Program-made: the position numbers and the translations under genes
Origin: an uncultured delta proteobacterium
Lineage (GTDB): Bacteria; Myxococcota; Myxococcia; Myxococcales; Myxococcaceae
NCBI GenBank assembly: GCA_963771175.1
Contig: CAVYSY010000010.1
Location: 32,001 to 96,000, forward strand
Length of the DNA stretch: 64,000 bases
Reading direction: 5' to 3'
In this document: positions 1 through 11,350 of the stretch, one piece after another
Position numbering within the stretch: position 1 is the first letter of the stretch
Layout of the letters: each line of letters begins with the position of its first letter
Notes under the pieces: generated by a model
What the model saw: only the letters and a program-made list of their open reading frames with translations
What the model was told of the DNA's origin: nothing
Databases searched by the model: none

Positions 1-119
1 ACCTGGGCGCGTCCCGGATGAACCACCCCTTCCGCGTGCTCGAGACGCTCATCCTGCGCATCAAGCACCCGGACGCCATCTGCACCCTCGAGGGATGCAG
101 CCACCCGGTCCGCGGCTAG
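1..119 (+). CDS. 3' end of an unidentified upstream gene (partial)
   Basis: Open frame from position 3 ([38 protein letters not shown]) with GC3-rich codons, ending in TAG at 117-119, 22 nt before the next start. Confidence 0.5.
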   Translation, partial: LGASRMNHPFRVLETLILRIKHPDAICTLEGCSHPVRG

Positions 120-141
120 CCCGGACCCCGCCAGCCCCCCC

Positions 142-1567
<1,426 letters not shown>

Positions 1568-1642
1568 GTCACGCTGGCGAAATATCGCCGCGAAACCATC
1601 GGTTCGGTCCCGGCCACAACCCTTTTGACTCTGGGAGCATGA

Positions 1643-2714
1643 ATGCGGCCGCCTCTTCCCACCCTCGGACCTCAACCGAAGAAAAGCCCTGTAGGGCCGG
1701 TGATGGCCGTCTCCTTGCTGCTCGGCCTGAGCGCCGGGGGCGTGTGGTGGTGGAAGCAGCGACTCACCTCCGAGCAGCCCGCCACGGCCACCGCCCAGAC
1801 GGAGCCGTCTGTCACCGCCGCCCGTGGCTCCCGGGCCCGCAGGACGCGGGCTCCACCGCCAACGCCGCCCCCACGGCCGCCGCGCCCACCGTCGCGGATC
1901 CGCTCAAGACCGCCGGGCTGTCCCGCGCCGCCATCCGCATCGACGGTCCGCTGGAGACGGCGATCGTCGCCGTCGCCGGCTCCGAGGTGGGCCCCGCGCT
2001 CGCCCAGGTGGTGACGCGCACGCTGGTCTGGTGGGTGGACGTGCCGCGGTGACATCCGCCGCGGGGACACGATGGACGTCCTCTACGAGATGCGCCCCGG
2101 CGAGGAGCCGCTGGTGCACGCGGTGCGCTTCACCAGCAACAAGACGGGCCAGACGCACCGCGCCTACCGCTTCCAGGCCGCGGGCGACAACAACCCCCGC
2201 TACTACCTGCCCAGCGGCGAGGAGCTGGAGTTGCGCCTGGAGCACTCGCCCCTGGACGACTACGAGCAGGTGACGTCGCTGCTGCGCGATGGTCGCCGCC
2301 ACAAGGGCGTGGACTTCAAGACGGCCGTGGGCACCCCGGTGAAGGCGCCCTTCACCGGCGTCGTCCGCCGCAAGAACTGGAACTTCCGCTTCAACGGCAA
2401 CTGCGTCGAGCTCGAGGAGGTCGGTGGCAAGCGCCGCCGCGCCCTCTTCCTGCACCTGGACGAGCTGCCGCGCTCGCTCAAGGTGGGCGACCGCTTCGCC
2501 GTGGGCTCCATGCTGGGCCGCAGCGGCAACACCGGCCGCTCCTTCGCGCCCCACCTGCACTACCAGCTCGATGGCCGGCGACGAGCGCGTCCTGGATCCC
2601 TACGAGAGCCACCGCACCTACCGGCGCTCGCTGGCGGCCACGCAGCGCGCGGCCTTCGACGCCGAGGTGCGCCGGCTGGATGGGCTGCTCGGCACCACCC
2701 TGGCGGGCGGCTGA
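1643..2714 (+). CDS. M23-family (LytM/MepM-like) peptidoglycan endopeptidase with N-terminal membrane anchor; frameshifted
   Basis: Hydrophobic [18 protein letters not shown]; zinc motifs HKGVDF (HxxxD) and [10 protein letters not shown] (HxH). Confidence 0.85.
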
Positions 2715-2726
2715 GTCCTTCGATTC

Positions 2727-2755
2727 TTGACACCCCCGCCCGCGGCGGCTAGCGT
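2727..2755 (+). promoter_or_regulatory. Sigma70/SigA-type promoter of the outer-membrane protein gene
   Basis: TTGACA (2727-2732), 17-nt spacer, TAGCGT (2750-2755), ~80 nt upstream of ATG 2834 with GGAGG RBS. Confidence 0.6.
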
Positions 2756-2833
2756 CCTCCGACAATTTCTCAACATTTCTCGGGGGTTAGGCGCGGGGAG
2801 GGCTGGGCGCCCGAGAGAGTGTTCGGAGGTCGG

Positions 2834-4120
2834 ATGTCGAGGCTTCGCGCCGTTGTCGCCGCGCTGACGCTGGGTGCGCCGTTCGTCGCCACCGCGGCGG
2901 ATATCACCCGAGTCGCATCGTCCTTCGAGGATGATGACCCGTTCGGGATGTTCATCGACGTGGGCTTCGAGCATACGCATCGGCGCACGAAGATCCTCCG
3001 GGAGCTGCTGCCCCAGGGGACGGCGAACGCGCCAGTACGTCAACGAGCTCTGGTACAAGGGGAACGATCCGCGGCTGAACTTCGACCTGGCGTTCGGCAT
3101 CGCGCAGGACGTCGAGCTCTCGTTCGGCCTGCCCATCGTCTTCCAGCGAACGAGGAGTGGAGCTTCGTCTCGGGGACGAACGCGAGCAACTCCACCATCA
3201 CCAACAACTGCCTGCGGGCCGACGGCTCGCTCACGGACCCGAACTGCCCCACCACGGGCGCGGGGACGCAGGCGCTCTTCAACGTGCCCCTGGAGACGTT
3301 CCGCGGCGGCCTGGGCAACATGCGCTTCGGGCTGGCGTGGTCCTTCTTCAACCAGCGCAAGGACGACACCAAGCCCACCTGGGTGCTGGGTCTGGACTAC
3401 GAGGCGCCCACGGCGGCGCTGCTCGACCCGAGCGTCTTGACGAGCAAGGATGACCGGGGCGCCGTCGGCGACCGGGTGCACAAGTACACGATGTACACGG
3501 CGCTCTCGCGGAAGATCGGCATCGCGGAGCCGTACTTCAAGGTGCACTACACGGTGCCGGTGCGCGGCCCGGGCGCATACACCAACTGCGATAACCGCAA
3601 CGTGGATCCGCAGAACCTCGGCACGCCGCAGAACTGCGGCATCGACGGGTGGGATCGCAAGGAGACGGGCATCCAGGCGCCGCACACGGGCGGAGTGATG
3701 TTCGGCTCGGAGATCCAGGTCTACAACCAGCCCACGCGCAAGTTCACGGCTGGACCTGCGGGCCATCGCCAACTACGTGTCCGCAGGGCCGCTACTACAA
3801 CGAGCTGAGCGGCGCGCTGCGCAAGCTGCTCTACACCGGCGACTACATGCAGGTGGGTGGCCAGCTCGGCATGAAGGTGCAGGTCTCGGACGTGCTGCAG
3901 CCTGAAGGGCTCGGGCATGTTCCTGTACAACACGGACCACGCGCTCACCGACGAGAGGATCGGCAAGGACCTGGACGGCAACGGCTCGGTGGACCTCACG
4001 GACAACCCGGCGGAGATCAACCCGAACTTCGACTTCCGCACGGACTACGTCTCGCGGCGCTTCTACGCCTCCGAGAGCACGGACTTCCGGCTCGACCTGA
4101 GCGCCACGTTCGCGTTCTAG
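2834..4120 (+). CDS. Secreted, probable outer-membrane beta-barrel protein; frameshifted
   Basis: Signal peptide MSRLRAVVAALTLGAPFVATAA; alternating hydrophobic beta-strand pattern; C-terminus LDLSATFAF ending in Phe (BAM signal-like). Confidence 0.7.
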
Positions 4121-4128
4121 CGCGAGCG

Positions 4129-4155
4129 CCCCCTCTTCCCTCGGGAAGGGGGGGG
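4129..4155. terminator. Hairpin between convergent OMP gene and rsmI
   Basis: CCCCCTCTTCCC-TC-GGGAAGGGGGGGG inverted repeat (one G-U pair) in the 42-nt convergent gap; no U-tract. Confidence 0.45.
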
Positions 4156-4162
4156 AACCCGC

Positions 4163-4995
4163 TCACCGCTTCTTGAGTCCGAGCCCCAGCCGGTACACGT
4201 CCTGACCGGACCAACCGGCGCGGCGGGCCAGCTCGGTGCTCAGGCCCTTGAGCTTCTCGCCTCGCGCCGAGCCCCTCCTCCAGCGCGCGCCGCAATTCGT
4301 CCTCGGACCAGCGGTGCTCGCCGGTGCGCCCCTCCACCAACACCACCACCTCGCCCCGGGGCTCCTCGGTCGCGTAGCGCTCGGCCAGGGAGGTCAGCGT
4401 GCCGCGCGCGAACTCCTCGTGCACCTTGGTGAGCTCCCGCGCCACGCACCGCGCGCCGCTCTCCCAGCGCGTCCCGCAAGTCGGTCAGCGTCTCGGCCAG
4501 CCGGCGCGGGGACTCGTAGAGGACCAGCGTGGCCGACAGCGGAGCCACCTCCTCCAGCATGGCCTGGCGCTCGGGCCCCTTGCGCGGCAGGAAGCCCAGG
4601 AAGTGGAAGCGCCCGGTGGGCAGCCCCGAGGCACTCAGCGCCGCCACCAGGGCCGTGGGCCCCGGCACCGGCACCACCTTCACCCCGCGCTCGATCGCCT
4701 CGGCCACCAGCTTCTCGCCGGGGTCGCTGATGCCCGGACTGCCCGCGTCCGTCACCAGCGCGCAGTCCTCGCCGGCCTGGAGCCGATCCAGGATGCGGCC
4801 GGCGCGCTGCCCCTCGGCGAAGGCCGGCAGGCTCACCGTGTCCGCGGCGATGCCGAAGTGATCCAACAGCACCCGCGAGTGCCGCGTGTCCTCACAAGCC
4901 ACGAAGGACACCTGTCGCAGCGTCTCCAGGGCGCGCGAGGAGATGTCCCCCAGGTTCCCGATGGGAGTGGCTACCAGATAGAGCGTCCCAGCCAT
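4163..4995 (-). CDS. rsmI: 16S rRNA (C1402-2'-O)-methyltransferase RsmI; frameshifted near the 3' end
   Basis: MAGTLYLVATPIGNLGDIS, ACEDTRHS, DAGSPGISDPG, LYESPRRL, ARELTKVHEE, PRGEVVVLV. Confidence 0.93.
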
Positions 4996-5002
4996 GCGTG
5001 CC

Positions 5003-5368
5003 TCACATGCCGGCGTCGAAGGCGCCCGGCAAGTGCTCCACCGTCGCGCGCTCGCCGCGGCCCACCACCGAGATGACGTCGAAACGAATCATCCTGTCCC
5101 GCAGCCGCTGGGTCAGGAGGTAATGCAGCGCGGTCTTCACCACCTTGCGCTGCTTGGCGAAGGACACCGTGTGGGAGGGGTCTCCCCACACCGCCGTGGA
5201 GCGCATCCGCACCTCCACGAAGCACACCGTGTCCCCGTGCTCGGCTACCACGTCCAGCTCCCCGTGGCGGCACGAATAGTTGCGCGCACGCACCCGATAG
5301 CCCCTCGACTCCAGGAAGCGCACCGCGGCCTCCTCGCCCTCGTCCCCATACCCCTTCCGATCCACCAC
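5003..5368 (-). CDS. yraN: YraN (UPF0102) family endonuclease-like protein
   Basis: GDEGEEAAVRFLESRGY..RNYSCRHGELDVVA..VCFVEVRMR..RFDVISV; adjacent to rsmI; GTG start approximate. Confidence 0.88.
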   Translation of the reverse strand: MVDRKGYGDEGEEAAVRFLESRGYRVRARNYSCRHGELDVVAEHGDTVCFVEVRMRSTAVWGDPSHTVSFAKQRKVVKTALHYLLTQRLRDRMIRFDVISVVGRGERATVEHLPGAFDAGM

Positions 5369-5420
5369 CGTCCCCTCCCCTCCTACCGGGCCCCCGCCCT
5401 CGGGGGCCACGCACCACACG

Positions 5421-7400
5421 CTACAGATTGACAGTCCCGTCCGACAGTTGCGTGAAGCCGGGGTGCGCGGTGACGTGCAGCACCTGCGTCAGGGCGCCCA
5501 CGTGCTTGAGCATCCGCGCCAGCAGCGGCAGCTTGGCCTCGTCCACGCCCATCAGCGCGTCCTCCACGAGCAGGGGCAGCTTCACCCGGGCGCTCAGCTT
5601 CTCCACGACCGTCAGCCGCAGGCTCAGGAAGAAGATGTCCACCTCCCGGGGAGGCAGCTCGCCCAGGGGCATGCGCCGGCCCGAGGCGGACACCACCGTC
5701 GCCCGCCCCTCCCTGTCCCACTCCACGCCCACGTAGCGGCGATCCGTGAGCGCGCTGAAGTACTGCACGCACCGGTCGCGCAGCGCGCCCATCACGGCCT
5801 GCGTGTTCGTGGCGAGCACGTCCGCCGCCAGGTTGATCAGCACGGGCGAGGGATCCTCGAGGGCATCCAGGCCGGACAGCTCGACGCCGGGCATCCCGCC
5901 CATCATCTGAGGGTTGCGCGCGAGCTGGATGGACTCCTTGAGCCGGGAGATCTCCCGCTCCACCTCGCGAATGTCGCGCACGAAGGAGCCCTTCTCGGCG
6001 ATCTTCGCGTTGAGCAGCTCGATCTGCTGGCGGATGACCGGGAGCTGGTTGGCGGCCTCGATGTACTCCGGGTGCTTCTCCACCGAGACGAGCTGGGCGC
6101 GGAGCTGGGCCACCTCGGCACCGAGCTGCTCGCGGCGCTGCAGGCGGAGTGGGATCTCCTTGGGGGTATCCACGTCGAACACCTCCATGGCCTTGCGCAC
6201 CGAAGCGGCCTCGGCCTCGAACTCCTCGAGGATCTTCTTCTCGCGCACGACGAACATCTCGCCCCGGCGGCTCACGAAGTCCTTGTGCTGCAGCTCGTCC
6301 ACGAAGCGCAGGGCCAGCATGGCGGCGAAGCCGAAGGCGGGGATGTCCAGCAGCGCCACGTAGCGGGCCGCGTTGGTGAAGAAGAAGCCCGCGACGAAGC
6401 AGGCCACGCCCACGGCCACGGCGGCCCAGAACTGGGGGTTGCGGACGAGCGGCTCCACGTCCGGCAGACGCGCGGCCTCCTCCTCCGCCACCTCGCGCTC
6501 GGACATGAGGCGCGCCATGGCCTCTTCCTTGCGGGCCAGCGTCTTCGGGAAGCGCTCGGCGCGCGCCACGATGTCCTGGGGCAGCCCCATGGACTCGGGC
6601 GTGGGCTCCGCGGCCCAGGCCGCCTCCGCCGCGCGAATCTTCTCCTTCAGGCCGTCGGTGCCGCGCAGCTTCGTCTCGATGTCGAAGACCTGCGAGTTGA
6701 GCCCGTCCACCTCGAACTGGAGGTTGTCCACCTCCTTGCTGAAGAGGAGCTCCTTCTCGAGCTCGCGCAGCTTCGCCTCGGCGGCGGGGATATCCGACGC
6801 GGGCATCACCGCCAGCATGCCCGGAGAGGACTGCGTGCGCAGGCCCGGGGACGAGGGCGAGTGGACACCCGGCATGCCCGGGGACGAGGGAGAGTGAATG
6901 CCCGGCATGCCCGGAGAGGACAGCGAGCGCATGCCCGACCCCGACGTGGACGCGCGACCGGCGCCACCGCGGGGCCGGCGAGAGGGAAGCTGAGCCGCCT
7001 GGAGGCAGAAGAGCTGCTCGAAGGTGGTGCGCGGCGGCAGCCCCACCTGGCCGCGGAGGAACTGGTTCGCGTCGGTGGTGTCCTGCGTCACCAGCTCCGG
7101 CTGCTGCGTGGCGGGATTGAGCCGGTGCAGCGAGCCACCCCCGCCCAGCTCACGCAGCACGCGGTAGGTGACGTTGTCCTGCCCCACGAGGGTGAGCGCG
7201 GCCTTGCCCGGCTTCTGCGCCGAGGCGGCCAGGGCGGCATCCCCGCCACGCCCATCCGCGTAGAGCAGCGCGAGCGTGAGCCCGGCCAGGGGGCTCGGCT
7301 CCGCGGGCGGCTTGAGCACCAGATACCCGGTCTTGAGAGCGAAACGACCCGCGGGGGAGAACCCCCGGACGTTCTGGACGGCAACCTCGACGAAGTGCAT
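5421..7400 (-). CDS. SMC/Rad50/YhaN-like coiled-coil protein with degenerate ABC-ATPase head motifs
   Basis: N-terminal MHFVEVAVQNVRGF (SMC-head strand), long coiled coils, central two-helix hydrophobic segment, C-terminal LSLRL...LPLLVEDALMGVDE...QVLHVTAH (Walker B/D-loop/H-loop-like). Confidence 0.7.
   Translation of the reverse strand: MHFVEVAVQNVRGFSPAGRFALKTGYLVLKPPAEPSPLAGLTLALLYADGRGGDAALAASAQKPGKAALTLVGQDNVTYRVLRELGGGGSLHRLNPATQQPELVTQDTTDANQFLRGQVGLPPRTTFEQLFCLQAAQLPSRRPRGGAGRASTSGSGMRSLSSPGMPGIHSPSSPGMPGVHSPSSPGLRTQSSPGMLAVMPASDIPAAEAKLRELEKELLFSKEVDNLQFEVDGLNSQVFDIETKLRGTDGLKEKIRAAEAAWAAEPTPESMGLPQDIVARAERFPKTLARKEEAMARLMSEREVAEEEAARLPDVEPLVRNPQFWAAVAVGVACFVAGFFFTNAARYVALLDIPAFGFAAMLALRFVDELQHKDFVSRRGEMFVVREKKILEEFEAEAASVRKAMEVFDVDTPKEIPLRLQRREQLGAEVAQLRAQLVSVEKHPEYIEAANQLPVIRQQIELLNAKIAEKGSFVRDIREVEREISRLKESIQLARNPQMMGGMPGVELSGLDALEDPSPVLINLAADVLATNTQAVMGALRDRCVQYFSALTDRRYVGVEWDREGRATVVSASGRRMPLGELPPREVDIFFLSLRLTVVEKLSARVKLPLLVEDALMGVDEAKLPLLARMLKHVGALTQVLHVTAHPGFTQLSDGTVNL
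6815..6921 (-). repeat. Intragenic 33-nt tandem repeat encoding SSPGMPG(I/V)HSP units
   Basis: cccggggacgagggcgagtggacacccggcatg followed by cccggggacgagggagagtgaatgcccggcatg, plus partial copies. Confidence 0.75.
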
Positions 7401-7430
7401 GCGCCCCCCATTCTAGCCCGCCTGGGAATG

Positions 7431-7467
7431 AAAAAAGGGAGCGTCCTTGAACAGGACGCTCCCTTTT
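7431..7467 (-). terminator. Rho-independent (potentially bidirectional) terminator of the rpsP-rplS operon
   Basis: AAAAAAGGGAGCGTCCT-TGAAC-AGGACGCTCCCTTTT perfect stem with A/T tracts on both sides, ~30 nt past the rplS stop. Confidence 0.9.
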
Positions 7468-7499
7468 GATGGAACCGGCCAGCGAGGGCCGGGACCGGA

Positions 7500-7916
7500 T
7501 CAGGCGCTCGGACGGGCGGCGCTCGCCTTGCCGGCGTGGTGGCTGGCGGCGGCGCGACGCATCTCGGCATCCTCCTGGGTCTCCACGCGGGAGGCCTTGC
7601 CCTTGAGGGCGCGGAGGTAGAAGAGGCGGCTGCGGTTCACGTTGCCGCGCGAGAGGACCTCGATCTGCTCGTAGCGGGGGCTGTGCAGGGGGAACATGCG
7701 CTCCACGCCGACGCCGAAGGACACCTTGCGGACGGTGAAGGAGGCGCGGTTGTTGCCCTTCTTCTTGCGGATGACGATGCCCTCGAACGCCTGCACGCGC
7801 TCCTTGTCGCCCTCCTTGACCTTCCAGTGAACGCGAACAGAGTCACCGGTGCGGAACTGGGTGACGTCCTTACGGAGGTTCTTGGCCTCCACGTACTCGA
7901 TGGCGCTGCGACGCAT
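7500..7916 (-). CDS. rplS: 50S ribosomal protein L19
   Basis: [54 protein letters not shown] at 7916. Confidence 0.96.
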   Translation of the reverse strand: MRRSAIEYVEAKNLRKDVTQFRTGDSVRVHWKVKEGDKERVQAFEGIVIRKKKGNNRASFTVRKVSFGVGVERMFPLHSPRYEQIEVLSRGNVNRSRLFYLRALKGKASRVETQEDAEMRRAAASHHAGKASAARPSA

Positions 7917-8053
7917 AACTGACTCCAGAAAGCTCGACTCGGGTCCAGTAAGCTGGGACTCGGGGTGTAGAGAGCGGGCCGTACTACCAGAGAGCCGGGG
8001 GTCGGACAAGCCCGCAAAGCACCGACCCGTAGCTCGGAAAACCATCGGAGGGG

Positions 8054-8789
8054 CTACAGCTCCTCCTCTTTCTTCGACAGCAGCTTCAAGTCCGCCTTGT
8101 CGAACTGCAGGCGGGCGTACAGAGTCCGGGCGCCGTTCCCGGGTGAGCTGGAGGGCCTTCCAGCGGCGCCAGCGGGCGATGCGTGCATGATCGCCCGATT
8201 GGAGGACGGCGGGCACCTCGGCCCCGCGGAAGACGGGCGGCCGGGTGTAGTGAGGGTGCTCCAGGACCCCCTCCTCGAAGCTCTCGGTGACGCTGGAGGT
8301 CTCGTTGCCCAACACCCCGGGCAGCAGCCGCGCCACGGCGTCCACCACGGCCAGGGCGGCCACCTCGCCCCCGGTGAGGATGAAGTCCCCCAGGGACAGC
8401 TCCCCATCGAGGTAGGGCATGACGCGCTCGTCCACGCCCTCGTAGCGGCCACAGACGAGGATCAGACCGGGCTCCTTCGCCAGCTCGCGCGCCTTCGCCT
8501 GGGTGAAGACGGGGCCCCGGGGGCTCATCAGCAGCACCTTGGCCCCGGCGGGCGCGCGGGCCCGGGCGGCCTCGATGGCGGCCACCAGCGGCTCGGGCTT
8601 CATCACCATGCCGGCTCCGCCCCCATAGGGCGTGTCGTCGGTGACGCGGTGCTTTCCCTCGGCGAAGTCACGGACGTAGGTGACGGTGACGCCGAGCAGG
8701 CCCTTCTCCTGGGCCTTCCCGAGGATGCTCGCGCCCAGGTACCCGGCCACGCTGTCCGGGAAGAGGGTCAGCACCTCCACGGGATACAT
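8054..8789 (-). CDS. trmD: tRNA (guanine37-N1)-methyltransferase TrmD; one frameshift near the 3' end
   Basis: [60 protein letters not shown]. Confidence 0.95.
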
Positions 8790-9349
8790 CAGTCCTCGCT
8801 CCCTTCCGCCTCGCCCTTGCCCTTGTCCTCGCCGGTCTCCAGGTACTCCGGAGGCTTCACCACGAGGCGCCCGCCCGGGACGTCCACCGTGGAGACGAAG
8901 TCGTCCGCGAAGGGCACCACCAGCTCCTCCTTGCCCTCGGCGCGGATGACGAGGTTGGGCACCTCGCCGGTGCTCCAGAGCTCCTCCACGCGGCCGAGCA
9001 CGTTGCCGGACTCGTCCACGGCGGTGAGGCCCACGAGATCACCCTGGAAGTACTCGTCCTCCGCGGGGGGCTCGAGGTCCTCGCGGAACGCGAGCACGGT
9101 GGCGCCCACGAGCGCCTCGGCCTGGCCGCGCCCCCTCACTCCCTCGAAGACGACGAGCATCTCCTTGGGAGTGGGCCGCACGGACTCGATGCGCAGCACG
9201 CGCTCCGCTCCGGTGCGAGGACGCACGAGCACGCGCTCGACGAAGTCGAGCGTCTCGGACTCGGGGTCGAAGGTGCGAACCGCCACCTCGCCCCCGAGAC
9301 CATGCGCGCGGGCCACGTAGCCCAGCTCGAGGTGTGGTTTGAGAGTCAC
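8789..9349 (-). CDS. rimM: Ribosome maturation factor RimM
   Basis: [32 protein letters not shown]; canonical operon position. Confidence 0.93.
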   Translation of the reverse strand: MTLKPHLELGYVARAHGLGGEVAVRTFDPESETLDFVERVLVRPRTGAERVLRIESVRPTPKEMLVVFEGVRGRGQAEALVGATVLAFREDLEPPAEDEYFQGDLVGLTAVDESGNVLGRVEELWSTGEVPNLVIRAEGKEELVVPFADDFVSTVDVPGGRLVVKPPEYLETGEDKGKGEAEGSED

Positions 9350-9627
9350 TGGCCTTCGGGGGAGGCGGGGGCTGCGGCTTGGGGCTGCTGGCGCCGGTCA
9401 TCCTGGATCTCCAGGCGGACCTTCTGGCCCTGCTTCTGGGCCGCGGCACCGAGCAGCGTCCGGAGGGCGCCTACAGTGCGCCCATCACGGCCGATGACCT
9501 TGCCCACGTCCTCGGGAGCGACCTTCAGCTCGAAGAGCCGGGCCCCTTCCACGTCGGACGTACGCAGGCTGACCTGATCGGGTTGATCGACCAGGGCCCG
9601 CGCCAGATAGATGATGAGCTGCTCCAC
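9346..9627 (-). CDS. khpA: KH-domain RNA-binding protein KhpA (YlqC)
   Basis: LARALVDQPDQV..ELKVAPEDVGKVIGRDGRTVGALRTLL; between rpsP and rimM. Confidence 0.9.
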   Translation of the reverse strand: MEQLIIYLARALVDQPDQVSLRTSDVEGARLFELKVAPEDVGKVIGRDGRTVGALRTLLGAAAQKQGQKVRLEIQDDRRQQPQAAAPASPEGQ

Positions 9628-9654
9628 GCTGTCCGTTCAGCCCTGCGAGAGGGA

Positions 9655-9918
9655 CTAGGCGGGCTTGGCAGCGGCGGCGGCGCGCTTGTGGCGCTTGATG
9701 AGCTCGCCAACGGTCTCGGAGGGCGTCGCGCCGGCCTTCAGCCAGTGCTCCAGACGCTCCGCCACGAACTCCACCTTGGCCGGGCTCTGGTTCGGGTCGT
9801 AGGAGCCCACGGCCTCGAGGAACTTGCCGTCGCGGGGGTTGCGGGAGTCGGTGGCAACCACGTGGTAGTACGGCTTCTTCTTGGCGCCCGCGCGGGCGAG
9901 ACGGAGAACAACGGCCAT
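9655..9918 (-). CDS. rpsP: 30S ribosomal protein S16
   Basis: MAVVLRLARAGAKKKPYYHVVATDSRNPRDGKFLEAVGSYDP. Confidence 0.97.
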   Translation of the reverse strand: MAVVLRLARAGAKKKPYYHVVATDSRNPRDGKFLEAVGSYDPNQSPAKVEFVAERLEHWLKAGATPSETVGELIKRHKRAAAAAKPA

Positions 9919-9978
9919 TTCTAATGCTCCAGGTGAGTCGAAGGTGAATCGAAGGTGATCACAGCTTGGAGGGGGGCG

Positions 9979-10008
9979 CTTCTAATGCCCCCCCGAGAGG
10001 ATTGTCAA
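9979..10008 (-). promoter_or_regulatory. Sigma70-type promoter for the rpsP operon, overlapping the rlmN stop
   Basis: On the minus strand TTGACA (10008-10003), 18-nt spacer, TAGAAG (9984-9979). Confidence 0.5.
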
Positions 10009-11174
10009 GGAAGCTCGGGGTCTTGCGTCGTTTCCGACGCCTTTTCCTCACCCCGGTTGGCGAGCTGTCCACACGCCGCGGCGATGTCCCGGCCCCGGTT
10101 CTGCCGGATGAAGGCCGCCACGTGCCCGTTGGTGAGGATTTCCCGGAACTGCTCGGCCCGCTCGTCCATGGTCGTCTTGAAGCCCAGCCCCGGGTTCTCG
10201 TTGTAGGGGATGAGGTTGACCTTGGCGGGGATGTCCTTGAGCAGCTCGATCAGGCGGTAGGCGTCCTCGTCGCTGTCGTTGAAGCCCCGCAGGAGGACGT
10301 ACTCGAAGGTGATGCGCCGGCCCTGGCGCAGGGGGAACTTGCGGCAGGCGTCGAGCAGCGCCGCGATGTTCCACTTGCGGTTGACGGGCATCGTCTGGGA
10401 GCGCTGCTCGTCGGTGCTCGCGTTGAGCGAGATGGCGAGCTTCACGTCCGTCTCCTGGCCGAAGCGCTCGATCATCGGCACCAGGCCCACCGTGGAGACG
10501 GTGATGTGGCGGTGGCTGAAGTTGGGCCCCTCCTCGGACTGGAGGATGGAGAGCGCCGTCTTCAGGTTCTCGAAGTTGTGCAGGGGCTCGCCCATGCCCA
10601 TGAAGACCAGGTTGGAGAGCGGGCGGTAGGTCTCCAGCTTCTCCAGCTTGCGCACCTCGCGGTTGACCGCGTGCACCTGGGCGACGATCTCCCCCGGGGT
10701 GAGGTTGCGCTTGAGGCCGAGGGTGCCCGTCATGCAGAAGGTGCACGCCATGGCGCAGCCCACCTGGGTGGACACGCAGAGCGTCTTGCGGTCCTCCGAG
10801 GGCATGTAGACGGACTCGATGAAGCGCCCGTCGCGGGTCTTCCACCGGTACTTGATGGTGCCGTCCACCGAGCGCTGCTCGAGGTCCTTCACCAGGGGGA
10901 CGATCTCCGCGCGCTCCTTGAGCTTCTCGCGCAGGGCCTTGGAGAGGTCCGTCATCTCGTCGAACGAGGTGGCGCCGCGCTGGTGGATCCACCGGTAGAG
11001 CTGGCCGGCGCGGAACGCACGCTCGCCCAGCTCCTCGGTGAAGAAGCGGGTGAGGCCCTCCAGCGTGAGGCTGGAGACCTCCGTGAGCTTCACGGGCGCG
11101 GGAGCCTGCTCGGGCACGGGGGCGATCGAGAGCTCAGCGGTGGCGGTGTTGTTGGACTCGGGCAGCATCGTCAT
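10005..11174 (-). CDS. rlmN: Dual-specificity 23S rRNA/tRNA A2503 C2-methyltransferase RlmN (radical SAM)
   Basis: CVSTQVGCAMACTFCMTG (CxxxCxxC), MGMGEPLHN, ITFEYVLL, DIAAACGQL; start placed at MTMLPE. Confidence 0.95.
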   Translation of the reverse strand: MTMLPESNNTATAELSIAPVPEQAPAPVKLTEVSSLTLEGLTRFFTEELGERAFRAGQLYRWIHQRGATSFDEMTDLSKALREKLKERAEIVPLVKDLEQRSVDGTIKYRWKTRDGRFIESVYMPSEDRKTLCVSTQVGCAMACTFCMTGTLGLKRNLTPGEIVAQVHAVNREVRKLEKLETYRPLSNLVFMGMGEPLHNFENLKTALSILQSEEGPNFSHRHITVSTVGLVPMIERFGQETDVKLAISLNASTDEQRSQTMPVNRKWNIAALLDACRKFPLRQGRRITFEYVLLRGFNDSDEDAYRLIELLKDIPAKVNLIPYNENPGLGFKTTMDERAEQFREILTNGHVAAFIRQNRGRDIAAACGQLANRGEEKASETTQDPELP

Positions 11175-11350
11175 GGTTCCAACGGGGGGAGTGTGGGCGT
11201 CCCTTCCCACAACCAGGGACGTGGAGTCAAAGGAAGGCTTGCCCCCCTCCTTGCCTTGAGGGACGCTTCCTCGCTCGCTCGTGGACAATAGGTGGATGCG
11301 GCCCACTGGCCCCGAATCACCCCGGGAACTCCTTCCGCAACCGCGCTGGA

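Noticed and set aside
1575..1590. Possible sigma54 promoter TGGCGAAATATCGC after the activator gene
   Set aside because: GG-to-GC spacing is one base short of the -24/-12 rule; it reads better as a small GGCGA/TCGCC hairpin
5389..5408. GGCCCCCG-CCCT-CGGGGGCC hairpin between the SMC-like gene and yraN
   Set aside because: Short GC-only stem with no U-tract, inside an apparent operon; could be chance at this GC content
7500..8789. Apparent 429-aa TrmD-L19 fusion in the ORF track
   Set aside because: One indel near 8120 shifts trmD into a frame that runs through the intergenic region; the true TrmD tail ([15 protein letters not shown], stop 8054) and the rplS ATG (7916) are both present
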